Shown piece after piece: positions 38,623-48,131 of a stretch of 64,000 bases of DNA; the stretch's first letter is position 1, and each line of letters opens with the position of its first letter. This DNA comes from an archaeon (GTDB lineage: Archaea; Nanobdellota; Nanobdellia; Pacearchaeales; GW2011-AR1): assembly GCA_043797265.1 (NCBI GenBank), contig JAZDPV010000018.1, forward strand, positions 27,082-91,081, in the 5' to 3' direction. The notes under the pieces are model-generated. The model ran no database searches and was not told the origin of the DNA. It saw nothing but the letters and a program-made list of their open reading frames with translations. A program made the position numbers and the translations under genes.

Positions 38623-39566
38623 CCGTATTAGAAAGAATTGCTACCAGAGATGGCTTTGGAAAGTCTTTGTTAGAAAATGGCGGTGATTTGAAAATCATTG
38701 TTTTTGGCTGTGATTTAACTGTGGCAACAAATACTAATGGTTTTGCAAAAAAATTCCCTAAGAGATTTTGTGAAGTTGGGATTCAAGAACAAAATGCTAT
38801 TGGAATGGCTGCGGGTTTAGCGATTGAAGGTTTTAGGCCCGTTGTTCCAAGTTTTGGATCTTTTATTACAGGAAGAGCTTATGAGCAAATAATGATATCT
38901 TTGGGATATAATGATGTGGGTGCTTTAATTGTGGGAACTCATTCTGGATTGGCGATAGGAAAAGATGGTCAGACGCAGATGGGAATTACTGATATTAATG
39001 TAATGAGGGGGATTCCTAGAATGGAAATTTTTCAGCCAGCAGATGCCATAGAAGCACGCCAAATAACTGATTATTTGCTTAGGGCTTCTAATTTAGCTTA
39101 TTTGAGATTGTCAAGGACCCCCTCTCCTTTTGTTTTGCCCGAAGATTATAAATTTGAATTTAATAAGGCGAAGATACTTAGGGGCGGGAAAAATTTAATC
39201 TTTATAGCAAGTGGTGATACTGTATACAATTGTTTGGAGGCCTCAAAGGAACTGTATAATCGCGGAGATATTGATTCGTCAGTAATCAATGTTTCTACCT
39301 TAAAACCAATTGATGAAGAAACGATTCTTGATTGTGCTAGAAAAGTCAAGGGCATTGTTATAGTAGAGGATCATTCTACGATAGGGGGATTGGCTACAAT
39401 TGTTTCTGAAGTAATTACTAAATATGGCGTAGGAACTCGGGTAAAAAGTATAGGCATTGAAGGATTTGGGGAAAGTGGTGACCCAAAAGATTTATATGAA
39501 AAACACGGGATGAATGTTGGAGGGATAATAAAAACTGCTTTAAATTTTTATGAAAATTTAGATTAG
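38619..39566 (+). CDS. Transketolase C-terminal subunit
   Basis: GIQEQN.IG.AAGLA, RAYEQI, DGQTQ, LKPID, VEDH. Confidence 0.92.
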   Translation: MTVLERIATRDGFGKSLLENGGDLKIIVFGCDLTVATNTNGFAKKFPKRFCEVGIQEQNAIGMAAGLAIEGFRPVVPSFGSFITGRAYEQIMISLGYNDVGALIVGTHSGLAIGKDGQTQMGITDINVMRGIPRMEIFQPADAIEARQITDYLLRASNLAYLRLSRTPSPFVLPEDYKFEFNKAKILRGGKNLIFIASGDTVYNCLEASKELYNRGDIDSSVINVSTLKPIDEETILDCARKVKGIVIVEDHSTIGGLATIVSEVITKYGVGTRVKSIGIEGFGESGDPKDLYEKHGMNVGGIIKTALNFYENLD

Positions 39567-39616
39567 ATTCTGAAAGTGTAGTTAATAGAATAAAGAATCC
39601 CCCCTTGATGGAGTTT

Positions 39617-40084
39617 TTATGAGTTGGGGTTTTTGAAGAAAAATTTATTAATTCTTATACATGCGTCACAAACCGCACCTTCTCCTGATTTTGGAACGGT
39701 TACAAAATCTGCGGCCCTTTTTGCTTCAATTCTTGCGTTTGCGGGAGCAATGCCGATTTTACAGGCCTTGATTATTGGCGCATCAAATATTCCATCTCCC
39801 ATAAAAATGGTATTTTCGAATCCAAATTTTTCTTTTATATAAGAATACCTCTCTTGTTCGGCTACGAGTTCTATCGGGTACCCCATATCATCAATTCTTT
39901 TTTTTGAGATTGGGAATCCCGTTTTATCGGCTGTTATAAAAAATATATTAACCTTGTCTTTGATTAGTTTTAACCCATCGGCATCGTGAGCCCCAAAAAT
40001 TTTATATTCTTTTCCATCTTTGGAATATAAAAATTGTCCTGTGGTCATAACGCCATCTATATCCAATACAAAATTCATTTTCAT
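39617..40084 (-). CDS. KdsC-like HAD phosphatase
   Basis: LDIDGVMT, DADG, MGDGIFD, SGEGAV. Confidence 0.85.
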   Translation of the reverse strand: MKMNFVLDIDGVMTTGQFLYSKDGKEYKIFGAHDADGLKLIKDKVNIFFITADKTGFPISKKRIDDMGYPIELVAEQERYSYIKEKFGFENTIFMGDGIFDAPIIKACKIGIAPANARIEAKRAADFVTVPKSGEGAVCDACIRINKFFFKNPNS

Positions 40085-40135
40085 GAATTTTTTTATTAAA
40101 TTTGTTTTATTAAAATATATGTGTTAAAATATATA

Positions 40136-40819
40136 TTATATTTTTTTGATTTGTTTTAAATACTTTAATGCAACAAAACTTTTCCAGACTTTTTTCCAAG
40201 AATATTTGAAATCAGTGATTAATCTATATGCCCATTCTACTCCCAATCTTCTAAATATTGTTGGAGATTCTTTCTTCTTTTCTAGCAAGAAATCCATTGC
40301 TGCGCCCACGGTGAAATAGAATGTTGGGTATTTTTTATACAATTGATTTGCCAAAATCTCTTGTTTTGGATTTCCAATGCATATCCAAATATATTTTGGT
40401 TTTATTTTTTTTAATTTGTTTAGGATTGTTTTTTCTTCTTTTTTTGGAAAAATTATTTCTTTTATATATGGCGGATTGTGTGTTTGAGAATTTTTTAGTT
40501 TTGGGAATTTTTTTATTAATATTTTTAGGTCTCTTTCTGATGGTCCAATGAAGAAATGTTTTTGATTATTACTCAACTTCTTTTCAAAGAAATTTTTTGT
40601 GAAGGATGGTCCCCTGATTTGTTTTATCCGTAAAAATAAACTTATCGTTTTCCCGTCTGGAAAGATGAAATTATTTGGGGAGGTTATCGCTTTTTGAAAA
40701 ATTGGTTCATGATTGAATAGGTATATGGAATATAGATTTTGGAAATTTAAGATTCCATTTTTATTAGATCTCATAATTTCTTCTGGTGTTTTTTTTGTAA
40801 AAACTATTTGTTTTTTCAT
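40136..40819 (-). CDS. WecB/TagA/CpsF family glycosyltransferase
   Basis: PDG, GP, IGNPKQE, VGAAMDF, GVEWAYRL. Confidence 0.85.
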   Translation of the reverse strand: MKKQIVFTKKTPEEIMRSNKNGILNFQNLYSIYLFNHEPIFQKAITSPNNFIFPDGKTISLFLRIKQIRGPSFTKNFFEKKLSNNQKHFFIGPSERDLKILIKKFPKLKNSQTHNPPYIKEIIFPKKEEKTILNKLKKIKPKYIWICIGNPKQEILANQLYKKYPTFYFTVGAAMDFLLEKKKESPTIFRRLGVEWAYRLITDFKYSWKKVWKSFVALKYLKQIKKI

Positions 40820-42172
40820 TTTCTAAAGAGTATCAAGCCACCAAGGTATCCTAATCTACTTATGATTGTTGCGATACATACTCCTATAACTGCATAGGAC
40901 ATTGAATACATTAGCCCAATGTTAATAAATATGTAATTTAAAACAACATTAAGAATTGTTGAGGATATTAATAATATTGAAATTATTTTTGTTCTCTTTT
41001 GGCTGATATAATATGCATTATAAAGTGAGATTAGTGGGAAAGTAACTATTAAAATTGTGAGATATTGAAAGTATATTGTTGATTCTACATAAGAATTTCC
41101 GTAGATTACATTAATTAATAGTTTGGCAGTTAAAATGGTGAATATTAGTATTATGATTGATATTGTGAATGTGGTGTTTTTTATTTTTTTAAATCCTCTT
41201 TCTAGCTGATTGCCCTTCATTCGTGAAAAAATTGGGAAAAGTGCCGATGAAGAAACACTTAAAATTGCCGTTATTGAAGAAACAAGATTAAGGGCTGCTT
41301 GATAGAATCCTATAAATTTTGAGCTAATGTAATGCCCTAGCATAAAAATGTCGATATACCCGAAGAAAAGCCCTGAAATGGCAATTGTACTTAGTAGTGT
41401 AATAAATTTCCAAAGTTTTTTTCTCTCTTTTTTTGTTAGTTTTTGTTTCTTAATATTTTTAAAGGGGTTGTGAGACAAAAAATAAATTAGATAATAAGTC
41501 CCTGTTAATATAAACGTAGCCGATAGTCCAATAAACATCCAGAAAAGAATTATATCATTGTTTGATGTTTTCGAGATTAATAATAGAATAAGTAGTGGCA
41601 GAATTATTAATTTAGAAATTTGTAATATTAATTCTCCTATAAATCCTACTTTAAAATTGTTTTTTGAAATGAAAATCACCTCGAGAAAATTGTATAATGT
41701 AGATAGTGGGAGATATATTGCTCCAGCGAGTAGAGCATAAAAAATTGGTTTTTGATAGTAGTTATTTGCGAGCCATCTTGCTAAAATTAAAATAATTAAG
41801 GATGCAAATATAACTAATCTAATCTTGATTTTACTTATATAATTAAAATATGCTTTTGCTTTTGCTTTTTTTTTTGTCGATTGTTTTAGAAACAAAGGTT
41901 AGCATGGTTGTAGAAATACCTAAATCTGAAAATGCAGAAATTAAAAGTATTGTTGATAGAGCTAGCCCATATAAACCAAAGAGTTCTGGCATTAATAATC
42001 TGGCAATTATAATTGTGAATATTATCGACCCTATTTTTGCTGTTAGTGTTGTTGCAAGTTGATAAGTTGAGTTTTTTATTGCTTGTCCAGAATTTCCCTT
42101 AAGGTCTCTTCTTTTTATTCTTCCGAAAATTACCCTTATTTCTTTGGCTTCTTTTTTTATAGCATTGTCCAT
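40816..42172 (-). pseudogene. Wzx/MOP flippase split by a frameshift at an A10 tract
   Basis: 41843-42172 (ARLLMPELFG, SDLGI) and 40816-41895 (DIFMLG, IGFYQAA, LNYIFI) overlap across T10 at 41866-41875. Confidence 0.8.
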
Positions 42173-42182
42173 AGTTTTGTGT

Positions 42183-43724
42183 TTATTCTTCTATTTGTTT
42201 TGCGATGTCGGCGAACGCTGGTCGTGAGATTAAAATTCCTGTCGTGATTCCAATTAGTGTTGTTACCGCGAAACCTTTTAATAGTCCTGCTGATGTTGCG
42301 CCTACTCCCATAAAACTTAGGAAGCCCGTTAATGGTATCATTGCGACGAATGTTACAGTAAAAGCTGTGACAATAATAAATAATGCTTTCTTGATTCTTT
42401 GTTTTAGCGATTCAAATTTGTCTCGTGCTTCGTCGAGAATGACTAACTGGTCATCTACTCCTGTTCCAATCGCGGCGATAATTCCTGCAATTGATGGGAG
42501 ATCGAGATTCCATCCTATTAATGTTGCAACTCCGAGAATCATTAAAATTTCTGATAAAGATATTGTAATTAATGTGAGCGATATTTTAATATTTCTGTAT
42601 CGGACAAATGTGACGAGCGAAACGGTTACGATTGCGAAGATACCTGCCAAGAATAATTGTTTTGTAAATTGTTTGCCGAGGTTGGGGGATATCTTGTCTA
42701 TCTTTACAATTTCAAGCTTGAACGGAAGTGAACCTGTGATTAAAATTGTTTGAAGTTTTTTCATCTCGAGTTTTGCAGATTCTATTGCTTCGTTTCTTGT
42801 CGTGCCCGAGCCCGAGCCAGATATTTGGATTTGAGTTGCGACGTTGCCCTTCAAGTCTGCCCCGATGTTTAACGACGATGTTAATTTTTCGTCGATGTAG
42901 AAATCAAGTTGTTTGCTGAGATATGAGCCATTAATTGATAATTTGTTTGTAATGTCGGCGTGTCTTTGAGCGGCTTCTTCACTTAGAAAAATTACGAATC
43001 GAAAGTTGCACGCTTCTCCTTCTTGAACTGCAAAACATTCTGATATGAATGCGTCTTGGCCTGTTCGTCCGACGTGGGTTATGTCTTCTTCCCCTCCGAT
43101 GAAAACTGTTTCGTTACCGATTTTGGCTTCAAATTTTCCTTGTTTTGCGATTAGTTCTTCTAAATCATTTGGTGATGAACCGGCGATTTCGATGCCCATT
43201 AAATTTTCGCCAGAAGAAGTTGTAGCTTTAAAAAATTTAACGTCGGATAAGCCATAAACATTTAGTCTCTCTTCTGATACTGCGATTAAATCATTTAGTT
43301 GTGCGTCGTTTAGTGGGATGTCTGCTTTGATGAATGCTCTTGCGCCACCACGAAGGTCAAGCCCTGTTTTAATTCTTGTTAATGGAATTTTTTCTACTGA
43401 TATATCGTTGATTATTTCTTTTGTAAATAAATCTATGATTTCGATTTCCTTGGTTTGGATTGTTAGTTTTTGTGTTTCGTTTTCGGCTAAATTGTTTAGT
43501 GAGGATAGTGCTGAGGCGTAATCTTCAATTGAGTTGATTGGTTGTTCGTTAATTGATTGTATCGTCATGCCTTCTCGGAGCCCGTCCTGGAATATTGTCG
43601 AATTTTGTATGACTGATTTTACGATTATTCCTTTTTCAAATATTGTGGGCGGGAATGAAAAAATTGCGATTAGAGAAAGTAGGACCGCTATAATTAATAT
43701 CCAAATTTTGAATGTTATTTTCAT
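42183..43724 (-). CDS. secD: Protein translocase subunit SecD
   Basis: GLDLRGG, RLNVYGL, GSLP, LPSIAGIIAAIGTGVDD. Confidence 0.93.
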   Translation of the reverse strand: MKITFKIWILIIAVLLSLIAIFSFPPTIFEKGIIVKSVIQNSTIFQDGLREGMTIQSINEQPINSIEDYASALSSLNNLAENETQKLTIQTKEIEIIDLFTKEIINDISVEKIPLTRIKTGLDLRGGARAFIKADIPLNDAQLNDLIAVSEERLNVYGLSDVKFFKATTSSGENLMGIEIAGSSPNDLEELIAKQGKFEAKIGNETVFIGGEEDITHVGRTGQDAFISECFAVQEGEACNFRFVIFLSEEAAQRHADITNKLSINGSYLSKQLDFYIDEKLTSSLNIGADLKGNVATQIQISGSGSGTTRNEAIESAKLEMKKLQTILITGSLPFKLEIVKIDKISPNLGKQFTKQLFLAGIFAIVTVSLVTFVRYRNIKISLTLITISLSEILMILGVATLIGWNLDLPSIAGIIAAIGTGVDDQLVILDEARDKFESLKQRIKKALFIIVTAFTVTFVAMIPLTGFLSFMGVGATSAGLLKGFAVTTLIGITTGILISRPAFADIAKQIEE

Positions 43725-44734
43725 TGTTTCTCTATGTACCATTTAATTATTGAAGTGTTTGTGACCCATGTGTTGAAGATGTCAAAGACGAGGCCAATTA
43801 AAAGAATTATAAAAATTTGGTTCAGAACTGATTCAAATCGGAAGACGATGATGAGTGCCGCCGTGATTGCTATAATAGAAGTGACTGTCATTGTTATTCC
43901 GGTTTTGAATGCGCCGAAAAGTGCTCTGTTTGTGCTTTCGTGTTTTTTAATAAGTCGCGTCGTCAGAAGAATATCGGTGTCGACGGAATAACCGATAAGC
44001 ATTAAGAACGAAATCACGCCGGCCGTTGAAAGTTTTATGCCGAGAAAATTGACAACTGCGAGTGTCATGGTAATGTCGGCGAAGGCGCATAACATAACTG
44101 CGAAAGCTGGGACTGAATTTTTAATGTATAATCGGATCAGAATTGTTGCGAAAGCAAGGAAAATAATTGCTGACGCGATAGGGTTAATTGACAAGAAAAA
44201 ATTTCCCATGAAAAATCCGAGCGCGATATTTAGGATTATTGTCCAGAATTTTGTTTTCGCGCCCTTTGAAAAAATAATGAAAACCACGGAGGACATCCAA
44301 AAAAAAGCAATAAGAACCGCAACTATGAGTTGCTTGTAAAAATCAGCCGAGAGTGATGCCGACGTTGTTTCTTCTGACGCGCCGTTTTCTGTTGTTAATT
44401 GGTAGCCGAGAGTTTCTTCTAAAATTGATTTTAGCGATTCTATATTTTGTTCGTTGACTGTGATTACTAATTGAATTTGGTTGCCGACGTTATCAGATAT
44501 TGTTTTTATTTCAAAATCAGATATTGTTTGTGAGATTGTGCTGGCTAATTCTTGCTGAGTAATTTGAGTTTTGATTGTGATTGTAGTTCCGCCGGTCAGG
44601 GAAACGTCCTTGTTAATTATGTCGCCGGTTTGGAGGTAAAATATTGTTATGTAGATTAGAGATATTGATAAAATTATGGCTGGAATAATGAGGAGTTTTC
44701 TGTAATTTTTGTTGTACCAGCGTCCGAATCTCAT
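43721..44734 (-). CDS. secF: Protein translocase subunit SecF
   Basis: LTGGT, LMLIGYSVDTDILLT, TGITMT. Confidence 0.93.
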   Translation of the reverse strand: MRFGRWYNKNYRKLLIIPAIILSISLIYITIFYLQTGDIINKDVSLTGGTTITIKTQITQQELASTISQTISDFEIKTISDNVGNQIQLVITVNEQNIESLKSILEETLGYQLTTENGASEETTSASLSADFYKQLIVAVLIAFFWMSSVVFIIFSKGAKTKFWTIILNIALGFFMGNFFLSINPIASAIIFLAFATILIRLYIKNSVPAFAVMLCAFADITMTLAVVNFLGIKLSTAGVISFLMLIGYSVDTDILLTTRLIKKHESTNRALFGAFKTGITMTVTSIIAITAALIIVFRFESVLNQIFIILLIGLVFDIFNTWVTNTSIIKWYIEKQ

Positions 44735-44824
44735 GGTATTTTATGGTGGGAGTGGTTTTAAAGTCTTTTGGGAATGTAGACTTGGTATACAAATGTTTAT
44801 ATGTATTGGTACCCTTAATTTTTA

Positions 44825-45157
44825 ATGCCATATAAGGATGTAGATAAAAGGCGAGAGTTTAGAAGGAAGTGGTATGCGAAAAATAAGAAATCTGAAATTG
44901 CACATGTTAGGAGGAGAAAACTGGAAATTTATAAATGGTTTTTAAAATATAAATCTGGACTTAAATGTTTGAAATGTGGGGAGTGCCATGTCGCAACGAT
45001 TGATTTTCACCATAGGGTTGGCGAGAAGGAGAATAATATTTCTAAGATGGTAGCTGAAGGATATTCGATTGATAGAATTAAAAAAGAGATTGAAAAGTGT
45101 GAGGTTTTATGCACAAATTGTCATCGAAAAATTCATTTTAAAAACAATAAGGTTTAA
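44825..45157 (+). CDS. Free-standing HNH endonuclease-like protein
   Basis: CLKCG...DFHH...EIEKCEVLCTNCHRKIH. Confidence 0.8.
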   Translation: MPYKDVDKRREFRRKWYAKNKKSEIAHVRRRKLEIYKWFLKYKSGLKCLKCGECHVATIDFHHRVGEKENNISKMVAEGYSIDRIKKEIEKCEVLCTNCHRKIHFKNNKV

Positions 45158-45183
45158 AATATTAAATTAGATATTTATTTTGT

Positions 45184-45289
45184 GCGTGGATAGTATAATG
45201 GTTAGTATAACTGGTTTCCAAATACTTAGTTCCAAAAGAATTAGATATGAAAATACCAGTTGATCGGGGTTCGAATCCCCGTCCGCGCA
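45184..45289 (+). tRNA. tRNA-Gly(TCC) with 34-nt intron at 37/38 (45221-45254)
   Basis: Acceptor GCGTGGA/TCCGCGC, T arm CGGGG-TTCGAAT-CCCCG; BHB with TTTC/GAAA helix and 3-nt bulges; intron folds as a hairpin. Confidence 0.9.
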
Positions 45290-45305
45290 TTTTAATCAAT
45301 AACTT

Positions 45306-45313
45306 TTTATATA
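45306..45313 (+). promoter_or_regulatory. TATA box for tRNA-Leu/Arg transcript
   Basis: TTTATATA 29-22 nt upstream of the duplicated tRNA 5' end at 45335. Confidence 0.5.
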
Positions 45314-45437
45314 AACATTTCTCAGTAATTTTGTGAGGAGATGCCTACGCTATTTGCGATTTGCATTTGCTCAAGATAGAGAAGATTCGGTTCGCAAAAG
45401 CGAATCGCTCGGTCAAACTGTTTGACCGTAAATTAAC

Positions 45438-45520
45438 GAGGAGATGCCGGAGTGGTCAAACGGGCCAGACTCAAGATCTGGTGGCTTATGCCTACGGGGG
45501 TTCGAATCCTCCTCTCCTCA
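45438..45520 (+). tRNA. tRNA-Leu(CAA)
   Basis: GAGGAGA/TCTCCTC acceptor, CCAGA-CTCAAGA-TCTGG, long variable arm. Confidence 0.93.
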
Positions 45521-45537
45521 TTTGTCAAGGATAAATT

Positions 45538-45613
45538 GCTCTCGTAACTCAGCCTGGATTAGAGTGCGTCCCCCCTAAGGACGAAGTCGTAGGTTCAAAT
45601 CCTACCGAGAGCG
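45538..45613 (+). tRNA. tRNA-Arg(CCT)
   Basis: GCTCTCG/CGAGAGC acceptor, CGTCC-CCCCTAA-GGACG, GTAGG-TTCAAAT-CCTAC. Confidence 0.88.
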
Positions 45614-45646
45614 TTAAGTTTATAAAATGGAATTTTATTGAATTGT

Positions 45647-45755
45647 TAGACGGCCATAGTAACTTGGTCACACCCGATCCCATTCCGAACTCGGAAGTTA
45701 AGCTTGTTACGTTCGTGTTTGTACTGTCTTTGATGGGAAGGCACGGAGCTGTCTG
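45647..45755 (+). rRNA. rrf: 5S rRNA (stand-alone)
   Basis: CGGCCATAG, CCCGATCCCATTCCGAACTCGGAAGTTAAG, GTACTG..GGGAA; helix I TAGACGGC/GCTGTCTG. Confidence 0.92.
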
Positions 45756-45782
45756 CTTATTATATAAATAAATAATTTAATT

Positions 45783-45980
45783 TTAGAATTTCTTGAACTT
45801 ATTAATTAATTCGAGAGTGTCGGTTTGGCCGAGGAATTGGGCGCGGCAGCAATATCGTTTTAGGCCGAGTTCGTCGAGGGCATCTTTTTGGGATTTACCT
45901 AATTTGATTAGTTCTTTGTATTTTGCGTAGAGATGGGCGACTGGTTTGCCGCAACTGAAGCATCTTATTGGGATTATCAT
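45783..45980 (-). CDS. rpoN: RNA polymerase subunit N (Rpo10)
   Basis: MIIPIRCFSCGK, LDELG..RYCCR. Confidence 0.96.
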   Translation of the reverse strand: MIIPIRCFSCGKPVAHLYAKYKELIKLGKSQKDALDELGLKRYCCRAQFLGQTDTLELINKFKKF

Positions 45981-46051
45981 AGATGGTAAGTGAAAATTTG
46001 GTTTATAAAACTTATGGGTAATTTTATATAGAAGATTTCTATTTGATTTAG

Positions 46052-46804
46052 ATGAGAGAGGCGAAAGAGGTAATTCGGTTAAGGGATGTTTCGAAATTTT
46101 ATCCGATGGGTGATTCGGTCGTGAAGGCGTTGAATGGGATTAATTTTAAGGTTTACGAGGGAGAGTTTGTCGCGATAATGGGACCGTCGGGTTCGGGAAA
46201 ATCGACCGCAATGAATTTGGTTGGGAGTTTGGATATGCCGACACACGGGACGATTTATTTGGATGGTGGGGATATTTCTGAGTTGAGTGAGTCTGATTTG
46301 GCGCAAATTCGGGGAAGGAAGATTGGTTTTATTTTTCAGTCGTTTAATCTGATTCCGAATTTGACGGTTAAAGAGAATGTGATGTTGCCGATGATGTTTC
46401 AGGGGGCGAGTATTGAGGAGCGGACGAGGAAGGCGGAGGAGTTGTTGAAGTTGGTTGAGTTAGGGGATAGAATGGACCATTATCCGGGAGAGATTTCTGG
46501 TGGGCAGATGCAGAGAGTTGCGATTGCGCGGAGTTTGGCGAATGACCCGGAAGTTATTCTTGCCGACGAGCCGACTGGGAATTTGGATAGTAAGACCGGG
46601 GCGATTGTTATGGATTTTTTGGAGAAGTTGCACAAACGGGGGAAGACAATTATTATGGTTACTCATGATCCGGATTTGGCCGAAGAGTATGCGGAGGTTG
46701 TTTACTGGTTGAAGGATGGGGCGCTGGAGAAAGTGACGAAGAGGGTTGGTAAGAATTTTGTTGATGTCACGAAGCGGAAGAAAGAAGCGCATGAGGTGAA
46801 GTGA
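46052..46804 (+). CDS. MacB/LolD-type ABC transporter ATP-binding protein
   Basis: GPSGSGKST, ISGGQMQRVAIAR, LADEPTGNLD, VTHD. Confidence 0.95.
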   Translation: MREAKEVIRLRDVSKFYPMGDSVVKALNGINFKVYEGEFVAIMGPSGSGKSTAMNLVGSLDMPTHGTIYLDGGDISELSESDLAQIRGRKIGFIFQSFNLIPNLTVKENVMLPMMFQGASIEERTRKAEELLKLVELGDRMDHYPGEISGGQMQRVAIARSLANDPEVILADEPTGNLDSKTGAIVMDFLEKLHKRGKTIIMVTHDPDLAEEYAEVVYWLKDGALEKVTKRVGKNFVDVTKRKKEAHEVK

Positions 46805-48021
46805 TGAATCTTGATTATTTGATTCTTGCATTGAAGAATTTGAAGCATCGGGGGATTCGGTCGTGGCTGACTTTGCTCGGGATTTTTATTGGAGTGACGG
46901 CGGTTGTTTCTTTAATGAGTCTGGGGGCCGGGTTACAGGCGGCGGTTGGGGCTCAGTTTGGTATTAGTTCGACGCAAGCATTAACTATTCAGGCTGGGGG
47001 GTTGAATTCTTTTGGTCCTCCTGGGAGCGGGGCTGTGAATCCATTGACGAGAGAGGATGCGATGGCTATAGAAAAATTAAGCGCTGTAGAATTTGCGACG
47101 CCGAGAAATATTGAGACGATTAAAATAGAATTTAATGACAAGATTGTTATTGGGAATGCTTTAAGTGTTGACGATAATAGGGAGCAAGAAATGTATGAGA
47201 CTATGGGTTTAGAAGCGGCGCAGGGGAGAATGCTTCAATCGGGAGATTTGGGGAAAGTGATTATTGGAAGCAGCCTCGCTGATGGTGGGAAAAATGGATT
47301 TGATGAAGATATTGTCCCGGGTAAAACTATTTTAGTTCAGGATGAAAAATTTAAGGTGATAGGTATTCTTAAAAAAATGGGGAGTTTTACTATTGATGGA
47401 ATTGTTTTCATGTATGATGATGATTTGAATGGCTTGATGAATTATGGCGACGAGGTTGATATTATTGGCGTGAAGGTGAAAGATAAAGATTTGATGGACA
47501 AGGCGGTTGAAGAAATTAGTAAGTTGTTGAGGGAGAGGCGTGATGTTAAAGTTGGCGAGGAGGATTTTGAAATATCCACACCGGAATCGATGTTGGAAAC
47601 TGTGAATAGTATTCTTGGCGGGGTTCAAGCTTTTATTATTATTATAGCGTCGATTTCGATTTTGGTCGGGGTGATCGGAATTGTTAATACGATGACGACT
47701 TCGGTTTTGGAGAGGCGGAAAGAAATTGGAATTATGAAAGCGATTGGCGCAAGAAATAGCCAGGTGTTTATGCAATTTTTTTTTGAGTCGGGAATGCTTG
47801 GGTTAATAGGAGGATTGGTTGGTGTTGTTTTGGGGACGTTGGTCGGAGTCGTTGGGGTTATGAGTATTAATAGTTTTCTTGGAGCGGAACTTTCTCCGAT
47901 GATTGATTTTGTATTGATAGGCGGAGCGTTGGCTGGAAGTTTTGTGATTGGTGCCGTTGCTGGAATTGTGCCCGCGATGAATGCTGCTAAACAAAATCCG
48001 GTGGAGGCGCTGAGGGGATGA
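46804..48021 (+). CDS. MacB/FtsX-like ABC permease
   Basis: RSWLTLLGIFIG, SVLERRKEIGIMKAIGA, PVEALR. Confidence 0.93.
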   Translation: MNLDYLILALKNLKHRGIRSWLTLLGIFIGVTAVVSLMSLGAGLQAAVGAQFGISSTQALTIQAGGLNSFGPPGSGAVNPLTREDAMAIEKLSAVEFATPRNIETIKIEFNDKIVIGNALSVDDNREQEMYETMGLEAAQGRMLQSGDLGKVIIGSSLADGGKNGFDEDIVPGKTILVQDEKFKVIGILKKMGSFTIDGIVFMYDDDLNGLMNYGDEVDIIGVKVKDKDLMDKAVEEISKLLRERRDVKVGEEDFEISTPESMLETVNSILGGVQAFIIIIASISILVGVIGIVNTMTTSVLERRKEIGIMKAIGARNSQVFMQFFFESGMLGLIGGLVGVVLGTLVGVVGVMSINSFLGAELSPMIDFVLIGGALAGSFVIGAVAGIVPAMNAAKQNPVEALRG

Positions 48022-48131
48022 AATCTTTGATTTTATCCTCAAGGGTATTGGGGCGCTTTGCTTGTTGGTATTGGGGCGCTTTGCTTGTTGGTGATTTAAG
48101 TAACTTGAGGATACTGAAAAATGGTGATTAG
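48018..48131 (+). other. Bridging mini-ORF (37 aa) between the two permeases
   Basis: ATGA overlap; MKSLILSSRVLGRFACWYWGALLVGDLSNLRILKNGD*; stop overlaps ATG 48121; 2 x 23-bp tandem 48044-48089. Confidence 0.6.
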
